The notes beneath the pieces are model-generated. The model was given only the letters and a program-made list of their open reading frames with translations. It ran no database searches and was not told where the DNA came from. A stretch of 58,044 nucleotides of DNA, the filler included, from Gonapodya sp. JEL0774 (Eukaryota), in NCBI GenBank assembly GCA_027604505.1. It is 6 parts of 6 records of this genome, joined end to end, with 100 filler letters (N's around TTAATTAATTAA, not from the genome) between each part and the next. Parts side by side here need not be neighbours in the genome. Positions count along the whole stretch, not along the records: positions 19,597 to 29,195 come from JADIIX010000407.1; positions 29,296 to 38,884 come from JADIIX010000408.1; 4 more parts are not named here. One strand, given 5' to 3'. Positions 23,731 through 35,899 of the stretch are shown here, piece by piece (position 1 is the stretch's first letter; the number at the start of each line of letters is the position of its first letter). The translations under genes were made by a program, and so were the position numbers.

Positions 23731-24639
23731 CTACTCGTCATCGTCATCGGCGTCCAGCTGCTTCTTGTAGTCAACCTTTTTGCCTCGAGTAGGTCGCCCT
23801 GATGCACGAGAGGGTTTTCCTTTGATGATTTTCTTGGTGTCGATTCCCTCCATATCATCTGGGAGGAAAAAAAGAGCGAATCAGCGGGAAAGAGTCGCAG
23901 AGATAAACAAAAACAATCTTTCCCGACAACAAGCTGATCGCGGGGAACTGCTGATAACATTGGCAACGTACCTTCATCCCCTTCAACGTCATCATCATCC
24001 TCGTCGTCGTCGTCGTCCTTCTTCTTCTTGGGCTTCCTCTTGGGAGCAGCCTTCGTGGCGCCTGCTTCCTTCTTGGGGCGACCACGTCCGCGCTTGGCCG
24101 GCGCGTCAGCGGCTTTGGCAGCAGGGGCCTTGCGTTTCTTTGCCACGGGCTCTGAAAAGAGGAAAGACACATGAACGATAGTGGTGGTGAATGGCAGTCG
24201 GATTAATTAGTACGGTTGACACGAATAAGCAAGGACAATAGGATGAGGCTCAAGAACGACATAGCCGGGTCGAGAAACCACATCCAAACTTACTTTCTTC
24301 CTCTTCTTCGTCATCTTCCTCTTTGTTCTCCGCCTCCTCGTCTTCATCTGAGATTTGTCGGTGGACAAGCGAAATAGCCGGCGCCGGCGGAAAGACAGAA
24401 ACACGGTATTGAGCGACGAATCGCGATCGATCGTTCACGAAAACAGGCAAATCGCACTCGCGGGACCCACCCTTCTTTTTGGCTTTCTTTGCCGCCGGCT
24501 TTTTTACCGCCTTCTCCTCCTCCTCCCCGTCGTCGCCATTAGCCTCCTCCTTCGCCTCCTCCTCCGCGTCATCAGCGGCTTGGGCCTTGGCAAGAGCGTC
24601 TGCCTTCGCCTTGCGGCCGGTCTGCTTCTCTGCGGTCAT
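23731..24639 (-). CDS. Acidic/Lys-rich histone chaperone with C-terminal CHZ-like motif and an AT-hook (Chz1/HIRIP3-like), multi-exon
   Basis: Last exon reads DDMEGIDTKKIIKGKPSRASGRPTRGKKVDYKKQLDADDDDE*. Internal KRGRGRPKK and poly-D/E tracts. Confidence 0.65.
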
Positions 24640-25922
24640 GGTGGTGGTGGTGACGGGATCTGACTGTTTCTGGTGTGGGCCGGTTCATGGCTGCGCCACA
24701 TATCCCTTTCAAAATCGAGCAAATCGATCTTCAAATTTCGTCGAGTATGACGAATGTAAATACGGGAGCCACGCGAAGAGAGCATTTAAATGTTAGTTGA
24801 GTGATTCCCGTGGCATGGAAGTGTGATATTCCGAATCGGGTTTTTACTGGCCCACTGACGTTTCAATGTGATTTCCAAGTTCAGAAGGTAGAGTGCACGG
24901 ACTGTTGAGAGCACTGCACTGTTTCGGGGTGCCAGGGGTGTGTGAGATTCGACGGAATGACCGCACCCTGAGTCAACCAGAGAAAGCACAAACCTCGTCG
25001 AAGCTAAAGGGCCACCTGACCGCCGAAAAAACATGATGGAGCTGCGGGACTAGGACAGTTCTGTCAGAGACGAGCAGTACAGGGTTCAGCCACTTCGGCC
25101 ACTTTGCGCTGCTGTCTGCACACTCTGTTTCACGCGGTCTACTTAGTTTATGTAATCGGGGTAGATGGCATTAGAGAACGAGATGAATGCGAATTGGAGA
25201 TGGTGAACTTTGTAGTTCAGGTATGTCGATTCTGTTTAGACAATATATATTTTTGTGCGGCAGTACGCATAGTACAATGAATCCCACGCTGGACGCACGG
25301 AGGACCGGGACGTACCGGCGTACAGTCAACGGGACAGCATACCCGTCTCTAAGTTGCTGATAGGTTACTAGTGACCTGTGACAGGCTCGACCTCTCCTAG
25401 TATATCTGTCTTTAAAAAAAGTGTTAGATATTTGCGGGAGATCCCCCAATCGCTTTGCTGTTCCATGCTCAGCACCAGCAACCTGCTCTTTCCAGATACC
25501 TGGGAGAACGAACCAACTCTCGGCTCACAACTGATCAATGCGATAGTGCTGTAAGATCAACAAGTGCGTTTCGCGTACCCTAAACTCGCTAATCTGTCTC
25601 TGACCTTGGCCATAGTAAATTCAGGTAAGGTCGCATTCTAGCCTGCCACATATTGTTGAACATGAGACGTTGGTCATGTGTTGATTTGTTCCAAATGGCA
25701 AGGATGGAGTAAGCTACTCGCGTTGCCCATGGAGATCGCGGTCCGACAAGAGACGGATATAGAGCTCGGTCACGCACTTTGCAGTAAGATGGACCTGATA
25801 CCTGACTGGATACTACTTTGGCTCAGCTTGCTGGACGAATACTAAATATATCTCCATATACTCGTGCACGGATCACCACTGATCCTGACGCGTTTCAAAT
25901 CAATTTTCTTTCCCTCGTTTCC

Positions 25923-28791
25923 ATGCCCACGGCCCCACGACGAAATCCCAAAACTTCGGGCGAGATGGATCAACCTGGAACAGCGGCTGTGACGCATCTC
26001 GGTGTCGTTCCTGGGGATGCCTCGGTAGGTTTTGAGACGCTCTCCCTCGCGATAAACGCCCGCCCGTCGGCGGCAAGACAGCTCTAAGATCGAATGAAAT
26101 CCATTGGATTGCTGAAATGGAAAGGATAGTCCTCCAAATTCATTTGTGGAACAGTGGAGTGAAACTAGTGTTTGATTGATTCAAAAACCAGCAGCAACTT
26201 CAAGCTTTCATGTTTTGTATCCGTCTCTTGACGACGTGATACCATAGACATCATGCACTAACTCCGACGATCTCTAATTGTGTCACGTGCAGGTTCTTTC
26301 TCGCAGTCACCGTGTTCTCATTCCTGCCTTCAACCCGGTCTCGTCTTCTCTCACAGTTGCACTCGGGAAACACAAAAAGTCAGCGAATCTGTCCAAAAGC
26401 GAAACGGGATTCTTTCCAGAATTCGACAACTCGGTCTTCATTTGCGATAGCTCCTCCAACAAAGCCAGCAGCGTAAGCGATGGTGACATCTTGCCCGAAA
26501 CCGCCGCTCTCTACGACGCTGGTGTTGCTTTGCTCGATGGCATCACCGGCATTCAACGAAACTCCACACCTGGGGATCCCGTTCAACATAGCACTGTCCA
26601 TCCCGCCAATGTCCTCCGTCTCTCACGTCAGTTCCTCAGAGATGTGCATGATTCAGTGACAGCTCTTTCAAATCGTTATCTCTCCCTCTCGCGGTCGACA
26701 ACCAGCGACCAGCTTGAACGGATCCGAGTCAAATCACAGCTTTCTCGAACCGTCGCCAGTCAACTCGTGTGGGGTCTCGCCGAAGCGGCTTACTTGGAGC
26801 CAGCTGCATTGAAGGCATTGGCGGATGAGAATATTGAAGAGCATTATCCCTCTCCCGACGACATCGATGTGGATGAGGATCGAGATGTACCCACGCACCC
26901 CTCAGATCGTCACAACGAACAGAATGGACTCGAAGATACGGCCTCTGACGAAAGTATGGATGAAACCCACCCTCTCCCTGCGACTAAGCGACGAAAACTG
27001 GCTACTGCAGCACCCTCGGGGGCTGGGTCCACACCCTACCGCCTTCGACCACCGAAACGTTCGAGCGCCACGCGGTTCTCCTCTGGCTCGACTGATCCAC
27101 TCTTATCACACACACTTTCAACTCTCCTGAACTTTTGCCTTCCTCTCAACCCATCGGACCCCCGCCTCCGGCTCATTCCGACGCATGAACTTTCCACCTG
27201 GAGGTCTGTCCTCGTTCCGTTATTCCGTGGTGACATGGAATCCACCGCAAATGCCCTCTCCCGCACTCTCGCGCAACCCAAGCGTGCCTTACCAGCCGCT
27301 GTCCTACCCGTGCTGCGAGATCTCTACGAGGCGATCAACTCCTTCCCAGTCTGGTCACCAACCATGACAACAGAAGCTCACGAGAACCGCCTGTCCGCAT
27401 GGCGGGGCACATTCGCCATTGAGAACATGGCGGATCCCATTGAGCTCCACCGAAGGCTCGAAAGCGCGACGTCAGGCAGATCCCGCGATATCAGTGCTGC
27501 TGAACAATGGATTGAACCCATCGCCGCTGTTGCAGGAATTATGTCTGGTCACTTGGAACCTATTTCCAGCTATGGAGACACCTGGCTGGACTCATTGTCC
27601 GCTCTTATCATCTTTCACCCACCACCCTGCACCGTTCCTTCCGATTTACCTTCCCTCACCCGCACCCTTCTCGCCGCGTACAATGGACCACCGCTAGGCT
27701 CTATTTTGCCTGAAATGCCACTGAGACGGTTGGCGTTGGGACAGCCTGGTGCGGCTATTGCAGCTTTGGTCAATGTAGATCCATACATAGCCGGGTTACT
27801 CGCTACGGTGCTTCAAGCTGCCCATATCCCACTCGACCCACCACCTTCGGCGCAATTTTCCAATGTTACAAAACGCGCACGGTCGAATCCTACTTCTTTC
27901 CGTCCTACCTCTACAGACGCAGCAACGCTCGCCCTCCTCTCCACCATCTCCCTTCTCATATCCCAACCCTCCACGTATCGGTATGCAGTTTTGCACATAC
28001 CCCACCTACCCTTGCCCATCGCCACATCGTTCGCAGAACTAGTTTTACCTAGGCTTGTCGGACGAGGAAAAGTTTCCATAGATATGGTGGTGGAAGCTGC
28101 GAGGATGTCAGGGGCGTATGACGTTGCCGGAGATGTGTGGGCCGCGGAGTACGCAAGGTGCGTAGGACGGGGCGATTTGAGCTCCGCTCTCCGCCACGCC
28201 GCTGCTGCTGCAGATGATGGACGGGTTGAGTTACTGGATACGGCGGTGACTGTGGTATTGCAGTGGTACGCAGAAGCTCATGCAGGACATGCCGCCACAT
28301 CGGGGTGGCCAGCACTCGCGCCCATAGTCGGGGTATTGGACTCGTTGCCTCGTGTGCAAATCGCCGCTCACCCCGGCATGGTCTTCTTAGCGTCATGGTG
28401 CGGTTACGTAAAGCTTGCCGCGGCTGAACCGTCCCGACAGGCCGACGCGCTCGCAGCCGTTGCTTTGTGTGCGCGCATGGCATTGAATGACACTGTTTCG
28501 TCGAGTGGTGTGAGCCCCGTGCCCAAGGAGTTCCTTGGTTGCTTGATCTCCGAAATTTCAGTGTCCCTAGCGCACGTGCGAACCGCGGGATATGAATCCC
28601 TCACATCTGCTGAAGCTACTTCGGTGTTGAGCGTAGTTGAGGAGTTTAGTGAGTTTGTTAAGAGAGGCGGTGACATTTGGGGATGTTCTATATCTGGAAA
28701 ACACGAGGAATGGAAGAAGTGGGTCAGAGCTGTACGAGAAGGGGTAGCGGGAGTGGATATCACTGCAACAGCTGGATCCCGACGGCATTGA
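25923..28791 (+). CDS. Nucleoporin Nup85-like alpha-helical protein
   Basis: 837-codon ORF with segments resembling the Nup85 pattern (LFRGDMESTANAL, INSFP...RLSAWR, GIMSGHLEPISSYGDTWLDSLSALIIFHPP, TYRYAVLHI). A short first exon from ATG 25923 is inferred. Recognised from memory, not aligned. Confidence 0.55.
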
Positions 28792-29195
28792 CGAGATAAT
28801 TTTCAATACTTGGTGACCAACTACTACGGTTGTTTCGACGATGGGGATAACGTTGATGTAATTAATGTCCATATCCATGATTAATGATTACGGTTGCGGA
28901 AAACGCATGTAGTATGTCGGCACTACCGTCGCCGGCACCGAGATAATTTGTTTTGCTGCCCATTACAACCAAGAGTTCTCTGAAGAACGTGGTTTGCACA
29001 ATACAATGTGTGGTCTTTGACAGGAGGTCCACTGATGGCCCGCAGTAACATTCACCTGCACGCTCCTGCTCCATATGATACCTAAAGCTCGTGTCGGTGC
29101 TAGTCTCGGTGGAAATGTCGAAATGTCATGCGGCGTCCGATTTGCTGTGTAACCCTATATATTTACACGTTGTATCATGCAAACAACGCCATTAC

Positions 29196-29295
29196 NNNNN
29201 NNNNNNNNNNNNNNNNNNNNNNNNNNNNNNNNNNNNNNNTTAATTAATTAANNNNNNNNNNNNNNNNNNNNNNNNNNNNNNNNNNNNNNNNNNNN
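29196..29295. other. Artificial contig linker
   Basis: N44-TTAATTAATTAA-N44. Confidence 0.98.
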
Positions 29296-29736
29296 GCAGA
29301 TGAAATCTATGCATCGGAAGCACTGACCGCATATATGGTGGCGGAGATGGGTCGAGTTGAACAGGATGAGGATGAGGACGATCCTGCCTTTGCACCACAC
29401 GCAGGCTATTACAACGCTCATGGTGTCAAGACAGGCAAAGTTGTGGAACTTGCAAAACCGAGGATAACAGGAGTTCGTGATACAGTGCTGCGAGAAGTTG
29501 AGAGGATGCACGCGGAGCCTGACGAGGTTCCCGGGTATGCCGAAGCATGGGGATGGTCAGGAGACTCTGAAACGCCATTGGCACCTAAACCAATATCGGC
29601 GATCGGAAGTGCGACGAGGCTGACCCATCTGGCGGACGTTCCTGGCGGAGAGATGTTTTTTAGGAGGACAGAGGACGTGGGGTATGCACTAAAGATTGCG
29701 ACCGAAAGGGGAAATACCCCACTCGGCAGAAAGTAG
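29296..29736 (+). CDS. Probable last exon of an unidentified gene
   Basis: Open frame with protein-like composition from the contig start to the stop at 29736; no recognisable motif. Confidence 0.35.
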   Translation, partial: ADEIYASEALTAYMVAEMGRVEQDEDEDDPAFAPHAGYYNAHGVKTGKVVELAKPRITGVRDTVLREVERMHAEPDEVPGYAEAWGWSGDSETPLAPKPISAIGSATRLTHLADVPGGEMFFRRTEDVGYALKIATERGNTPLGRK

Positions 29737-29845
29737 CTTTCGAGCTCGCGCGGATGTGAATTGTGAATTGATATGGCAAGGGCAAGTACAAATACTAATG
29801 CGGCACTTCACCGCAGCACTAAACAACTTGACACCAAAATCACTA

Positions 29846-31634
29846 ATGTCCGTCGTAATAGAGACATCAGTGGGAGATATCGTCGTGGACCTTCTTGTGG
29901 AGCAATGCCCTCGTTCCTGTACCAATTTCCTCAAGCTTTGCAAATCCAAGTACTACAATTGGTCGCTGTTTCACACAGTCCAGAAGGATTTCATCGCTCA
30001 GACTGGGGATCCATCAGGAACGGGAAAGAGCGGACAGAGTGTGTGGGGGTGAGTGGATTGCAACTTGTTTGATTCTTTCGATCATCAGCTGGATCACCTG
30101 TTTCGAATTCGGTTGGTTTGTCTTGCACGGGAACGTTACGCACTGTTCTTCAACACATACATTGCTAGTCTCATTCACGGAGAGTCTCGCCGACATTTTG
30201 TCCCCGAGATGCCGCCTAAGCTCAAACACAAGAAACGCGGAGTCGTTTCCTTCGCCTGTGTCATTCCGCCCGCAGACCCAAATTCGTCCGTCCAGCCGGT
30301 CCCGCTCGCAGCTTCTCAATTTTTTATCACTCTGGGAGCTCAACTAACGGATCTGGACGGGAAACATGCGCCATTTGGGGTCGTAGCTGAGGGTTTGGAG
30401 GTTCTAGAAAAGTTCAACGACGCTTTGGTGGATGACAACGGGAGACCGTACATTGACATTCGAATACGACATACAATTATCATCGATGATCCCTTCCCTG
30501 ACATGGAGGGGCTGAGAGTTCCAGAAGGAAGCCCGGAACCAACTGAAGAGATGCTGAAGGTGAGCCACCGCTTCATGTTGGCAGAGAGAACACTGCAGTT
30601 ATTTGGTTTTGTTCATCGCGGCTCCATCACAACTTCCCTGTTTTTTTGTTGCTCGGCATGTGGAGTCCACGCGCCTGTCGGACACGGACGCCCTCAAACC
30701 GACCCTCCCACCAGAGGAAGAGGAACTAGCACACCAACGGCACGAAGCTTCGGCACGCGCTCTCACTCTGGAGATGCTTGGTGATCTTCCCTTCGCCGAG
30801 ATAAAGCCTCCAGAGAATGTTCTCTTCGTTTGCAAGTTGAACCCGGTTACCCGGGACGAGGATTTGGAGTTGATTTTTTCACGGTTTGGAACCATTCGTA
30901 GGTGAGGGAATCATGAATAGTTTTCCCGGGCTCCACAATGGCTGAAAGGCTCGCTTGAAGCTGCGAGATTCTCCGAGACAAGAAAAGCGGTGACTCCCTT
31001 CAGTACGCTTTTATTGAATTTGACGAACGCGAGGCTTGCGAGCGTGCCTACTTCAAAATGGTGCGTTGTCCGCGCTGCGATGCCATTCTTTGTGCAATAA
31101 CTGTGTTTCACCTTGAACCTTTCTGTCCCTACCTATTAGGATAATGTCCTCATAGACGACCGCCGAATTCACGTGGACTTCTCACAATCGGTGGGCAAGC
31201 TTCACAAAGAGTGGATGTGTGAGCATACTTTATCTTGAAGATCGTTTGCAAACCCGTGGTACTCATGTTTGTCACGACCATTCCCCATTGCAGACGCACG
31301 ACAACAGAAGGGCAGAGGAATAACTGAACTGCAAAAGAAAACACGTTATCGGGAGGAAGAGGACACGGCAGATCAATACGATATGGTTTTTGAAGGTCAG
31401 GATGGTGAAGAGCGGAAAGCTGCAGGTGGTGGAAAGTTTTCTGGTAGCGGAGCTCATCAGTCGGATCGAAAACCGGACCTCCAAGCAGTTCGTTCGGATG
31501 GGAGTAAGCGCGCCCACGACCGAGGCGAGTCACAGAAAGATTCAAGAAGGCGGCGGAGGAGTAGAAGCAGAAGCCGTGAGCAGGAGAGTCGAGGAAAGCG
31601 ACGGAGAAGCAGAAGCCCATACTACAGGAGTTAG
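29846..31634 (+). CDS. PPIL4: Cyclophilin-RRM-RS protein (PPIL4/Cyp59/Rct1), multi-exon
   Basis: [113 protein letters not shown] and an RS-rich tail. Confidence 0.95.
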
Positions 31635-34600
31635 GTGAACTGTTCGCTTCATTATTATCCTATACACTTCGATTCCATCCATGTTCTGCAATTTTATCGT
31701 TATTGATACACGTGGTTACTGCTGTAGCCCACTCAAGTAAGTTCTTGTGCAAACCCGTTCAAGCTCTGGGTCATTCGGTGGTGGGCATTTTTGGTGACCG
31801 GACATCACGGTGGCAAAGCAAAACTTCATAGTGCTGCATATTTGCGAAACTTTGCAGGACATACTGTGGGCCAAGCATATTATTGAAAACGTGACGGGAT
31901 CATTTGGTAGGAGTTTGTGCGCAAAGGTATCATGAATCAGCGTCACAAACCCGCCAAGCTTAAAGAGTGACAAGACGTGTTATGACCAATATTATATAGT
32001 ACATACATTTTCAGTGTATGTGTGGAAAGAGTGTAGTGGCCCGTAACGGCGTTTATTAAAGTTTAATGGACTTTTGTAATGGAACTCAAAACAACATTCC
32101 AGCACGTAGAAAAGTCCGGTGGACGTGACGGGACCTCTTATCTTGATCAAGAAGAACAGACAGAACGGAGGGCAATGCAATGTGGGAGAGATGGCACCTT
32201 AATATAAACTAAATTTATTAAGGGGGTACATTGTCTTCGCTGTCTTCATGCTTGAAACCGGTAAGTTTAATTAAGTTTAATGGGAGACTGTTCACATTTC
32301 CTGCACAGCTAGAGTGCTGCATGGGAGTGCACCTGAATGCGTCACAACGTGATAGCAACTTGTATGGATAGCAGCAAGCAACGGTGGCGGTGTTATCTTT
32401 GTATCTCGTGATGCTATACAATATGGTGGTGGAAAAATGTGGGAGTTGGTGGGAGCACCGTGATCCCCCTTCGATTCCCCACATTGCAACACAAACGCAA
32501 TCACAGATGGGCAAGAAACGTGCCTTGTCCAGCGCAATCAAGGATCCAGTAACTGCCATCATCCAGAATTCCTCGGTTGGGGATGTTTTACCTCAACCTT
32601 GTTTCCCACCAGATCCGGCCAACCTGACGGAAGGGGTATCCGGCCGCAGCATGGCCTGGCAGGGGGAGGCGAGAAGACAGAGGTGAACAAAGTTCCGCCC
32701 GACTTGGCACTCGCAATTATCAAATTGGACGTCGCTGAGGATTGCTGGCTGCGTACCCTCAACACATGGTGGTGGCCATTCTCATCTTCAGGGCGGGAAC
32801 AGCGCCGACCTGATCGACATTTCCAACGTTTCATGCCAGCGGATGGAAAGCAACTCCAGCCGGAAAGCTCACAGTGAAGCAAGATCATGAGGAAAGCGAA
32901 ACGTGAAGCTCATTCCATGTTGGTTTTCATTATCACTCTGATTGACGATAGTGGCAGAATCAGTGCCGCATACGCAAACCAACTCAGCGGAGCACGAGCA
33001 AACGAGACGTCTCGGAATGAAACGACGGTCAATTGTGCTGAGACTGGCCAACAATGGGGCCTTTTCTTGGTCCTCGCCTGTCCGGTATGAAACTGATTCG
33101 GGGCATCAAGTGAGACTTCGTCCAATAACTGGACGCTGCGCCGTGTAATAATTACAAGACTCGTTTTATTAGGAAGATTCAAAGGTCAAGGCACGGGAAG
33201 AGAACCCTGATTGTGCGGTCATCGTGACGTATTCTCCAACAAGCACAAACACGTATATTTCGCGCATATTTCGGACAGAGTCGGCACGACTCCGGTACGA
33301 CTCCGCCGAATTTCACGGAGTTTCTGTTCTCGTTGAATTTAAGCGTTCTTGTCGCTTGAGATTCCTGTGACCACTCAGGACCGTTCTCTGCAGAACGGTC
33401 CCAATTCTATGGTACGGGAAGACCAGTAACCCCTTGCATCCCTGCCCACAACCATGGCAAATCCAGGGGTTTCAAATTCCTCAACAAACTCCACTCTGAT
33501 TCCCTGTGGTTTCGATCTCAACTGCAACTTGACCGCAATTGATACTGCCACAGTGTCTCACCCATCGAAAACATCCGGCAGGTTATGACAACGAAGGGAC
33601 GTTCTGGTGCCTTCCCGCTTGGTCACGGATGGGAGCTATCGCATACTGGAGAGCGAGCTTACCGTTGTAAGTTCTGTTTAAAGACCTTTTCAAGACGTGG
33701 TAAGCTACACCTGCGCCGTGGCCGAGGAAGATCGGTTTCGATTGATTGATTCGTCGACTTTGTTTCGTAACCCACTTCGACATAGATGTCGTTCAAAGGC
33801 ATCTCAAGCGCACGGAGTGCCGCTTAGGGTTTCGAGACCTAAACATCTCCGAGATACCAACGTCGGCAACTCGCAGACGTGCATCCGAGCCGCTCATAGT
33901 TACTTCGACACAATGGAGATCCGATTCGGGACTCTCCATAAGCCAAGGCAATTTGATTACCGCGCAGTCTCCTGAAGGAACGCAAAACCCACAGTTTTTG
34001 CAATGGCAGTCGGGTCCAGTTGATCCCATGGTTCGCTCGGAAAATTTTTATTCCAACCCGGCCTCAAATGAGTGGGCCATAAATGCTCCACAAGAGTTTC
34101 CTGCAACCATCAATATACCATTCACTGGACAGCCTTTTCTTCGAACAAGAGAACTCCCCATATCGCCGACATCGTCTTTTGCATCTCTTCCGTCAATGTC
34201 TGCCTCGGAGGACGTCATCTCATCCCGCCACGGTGGGCACCACACTTCCAGCGATACGTTCCGCTCCTCGATGTTCACTCATGCTGAAATGTCTTCGTGG
34301 AAGCATTTTATTCAGGCGAACCTACCTCCTGCACCTTTTCTGGAGCCAGATCCCGCACCCGTCCCAGAGGTCCCCACGATCCCCATTTCTCTATAGGATG
34401 ACAGACTTTGAAGGACAACCTCGAGTGTTCTTGCTTCATGATTAATACGATATGGCATACGTGGGACTGAAGCTGATCACACTTTTGCATTGTTTGTGCT
34501 GATCGTCGATCTCTTTCCGTGGTGCTGATTATTGTATAAAAGCATGGATCCCCCTGCATAATACTTCTAAAAGAGAATTTCGAGGGTAATATCACGCTTT

Positions 34601-34686
34601 CTGACTGTACCTAGCTCGTGGATTTCTGTGCAAAGTCAGTCCTGTTTCCCAATGCACGTGTTCGCTCCGAACACAACCATATAACG

Positions 34687-35787
34687 ATGGGTTCAAAGGG
34701 CTCTAAAACCGGCGGGTCCTCTGGTATAATATTCCCACTCTACGTTTATCCTACGCCAGATGAAATCGAGCGGACCTGGACGAAAGTCGCTCTTGCTTCT
34801 CATGTGAGGGATCGATCGACAGATCCACATTCCTCATGCACGCTCTCGATGACTGGAGCGACAGTAGCACACTTGCTCAAACGACCATGATCCACCCGCC
34901 TTGCAGATAGTCCCAGTGATTGCAGTTGTCAATCCGAATTCAGGCCCCGGCTCCACCACGTTGCCAGATGCCTCCTATGTAGCGGCAATCACAACGATGC
35001 GCCAGCGAGGTCACCCAGTGAATCTCAAACTTGTCGGCTACGTCCCTCTTACTTTCGGGAAAAGACCTTTTGCCCAGGTTGTTGAAGATATTCGTGTGTA
35101 TAGCGGTTGGAATGAAGTAGGTACCTAGTACGGGATGGAGAGCCCGACAGAATCCAACGGAGCGTGCTGACCTACTTCTTTTCGGATATTCGAAGCTTTC
35201 TAATGGCACCCTAGCTCTTGATGGAATCTTCTTCGATGAAATGCCGGCATCCTCTGACTCCCAGCAACCGTACCCTCATGCGGGGGACTTTGGGGGGCGC
35301 CCGCACGTAATCTCCAGCTTCACTCAAAGCGCTACTGCGATTGCACGAACCCTGAGCTGTAAGGGTGGATCACGGGCTCTGCTGGTTACAAACCCAGGCG
35401 TCGTTGACATACCGGCAAGAGAGTATGCACGGACCTTTGGAGGGGACGTTACTGTCGCTTTTGAGACGAGTGAGGGGGACTGGAGCAGCAAAAATGTGAA
35501 GGAAACGGCGACCTTCCTCGCGGATAATACCGAAGAATCCAGGCGGCATGCGGTTTCGGTTATCATCCACACAGCTGGTGGGTAAATCACATCCATTTCC
35601 ATGCGTCTTCTTCTGGTGCGAAACCCGATTCTGGTTTATTGCAGATGTGAAATCGCTTCCAAAGCTCGTCCGTCAATTGCGTTCGGTTGGGGTGGATTAC
35701 GTGCTCATTTCCGACAGGCAAATGCCCAACCCGTATGACGGGCTCCCTAAATACTGGGACGACTTTGTCCAGTTGCTCGCTGCTTAG
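34687..35787 (+). CDS. Spherulin-4 / GH135-like glycoside hydrolase, multi-exon
   Basis: PLYVYP, VVNPNSGPG, LVGYV, LDGIFFDE, VTNPG, VAFE, NPYDGLPKYWDDFV. Confidence 0.88.
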
Positions 35788-35899
35788 AGTTCTTCGTCGG
35801 TTGTATAGTGTGATGAATAATACGTTATTCTGAAAGCTTCCGCTGCAGTGGGGTTCATATGCACGTAGGACATCATCGTCACCATCCATTTACATTTTC

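Noticed and set aside
33450..34396. HTGERAYR zinc-finger-linker-like peptide and a 216-aa ORF
   Set aside because: I could not assemble a complete C2H2 finger or a consistent exon chain; may be a real gene but is unsupported.
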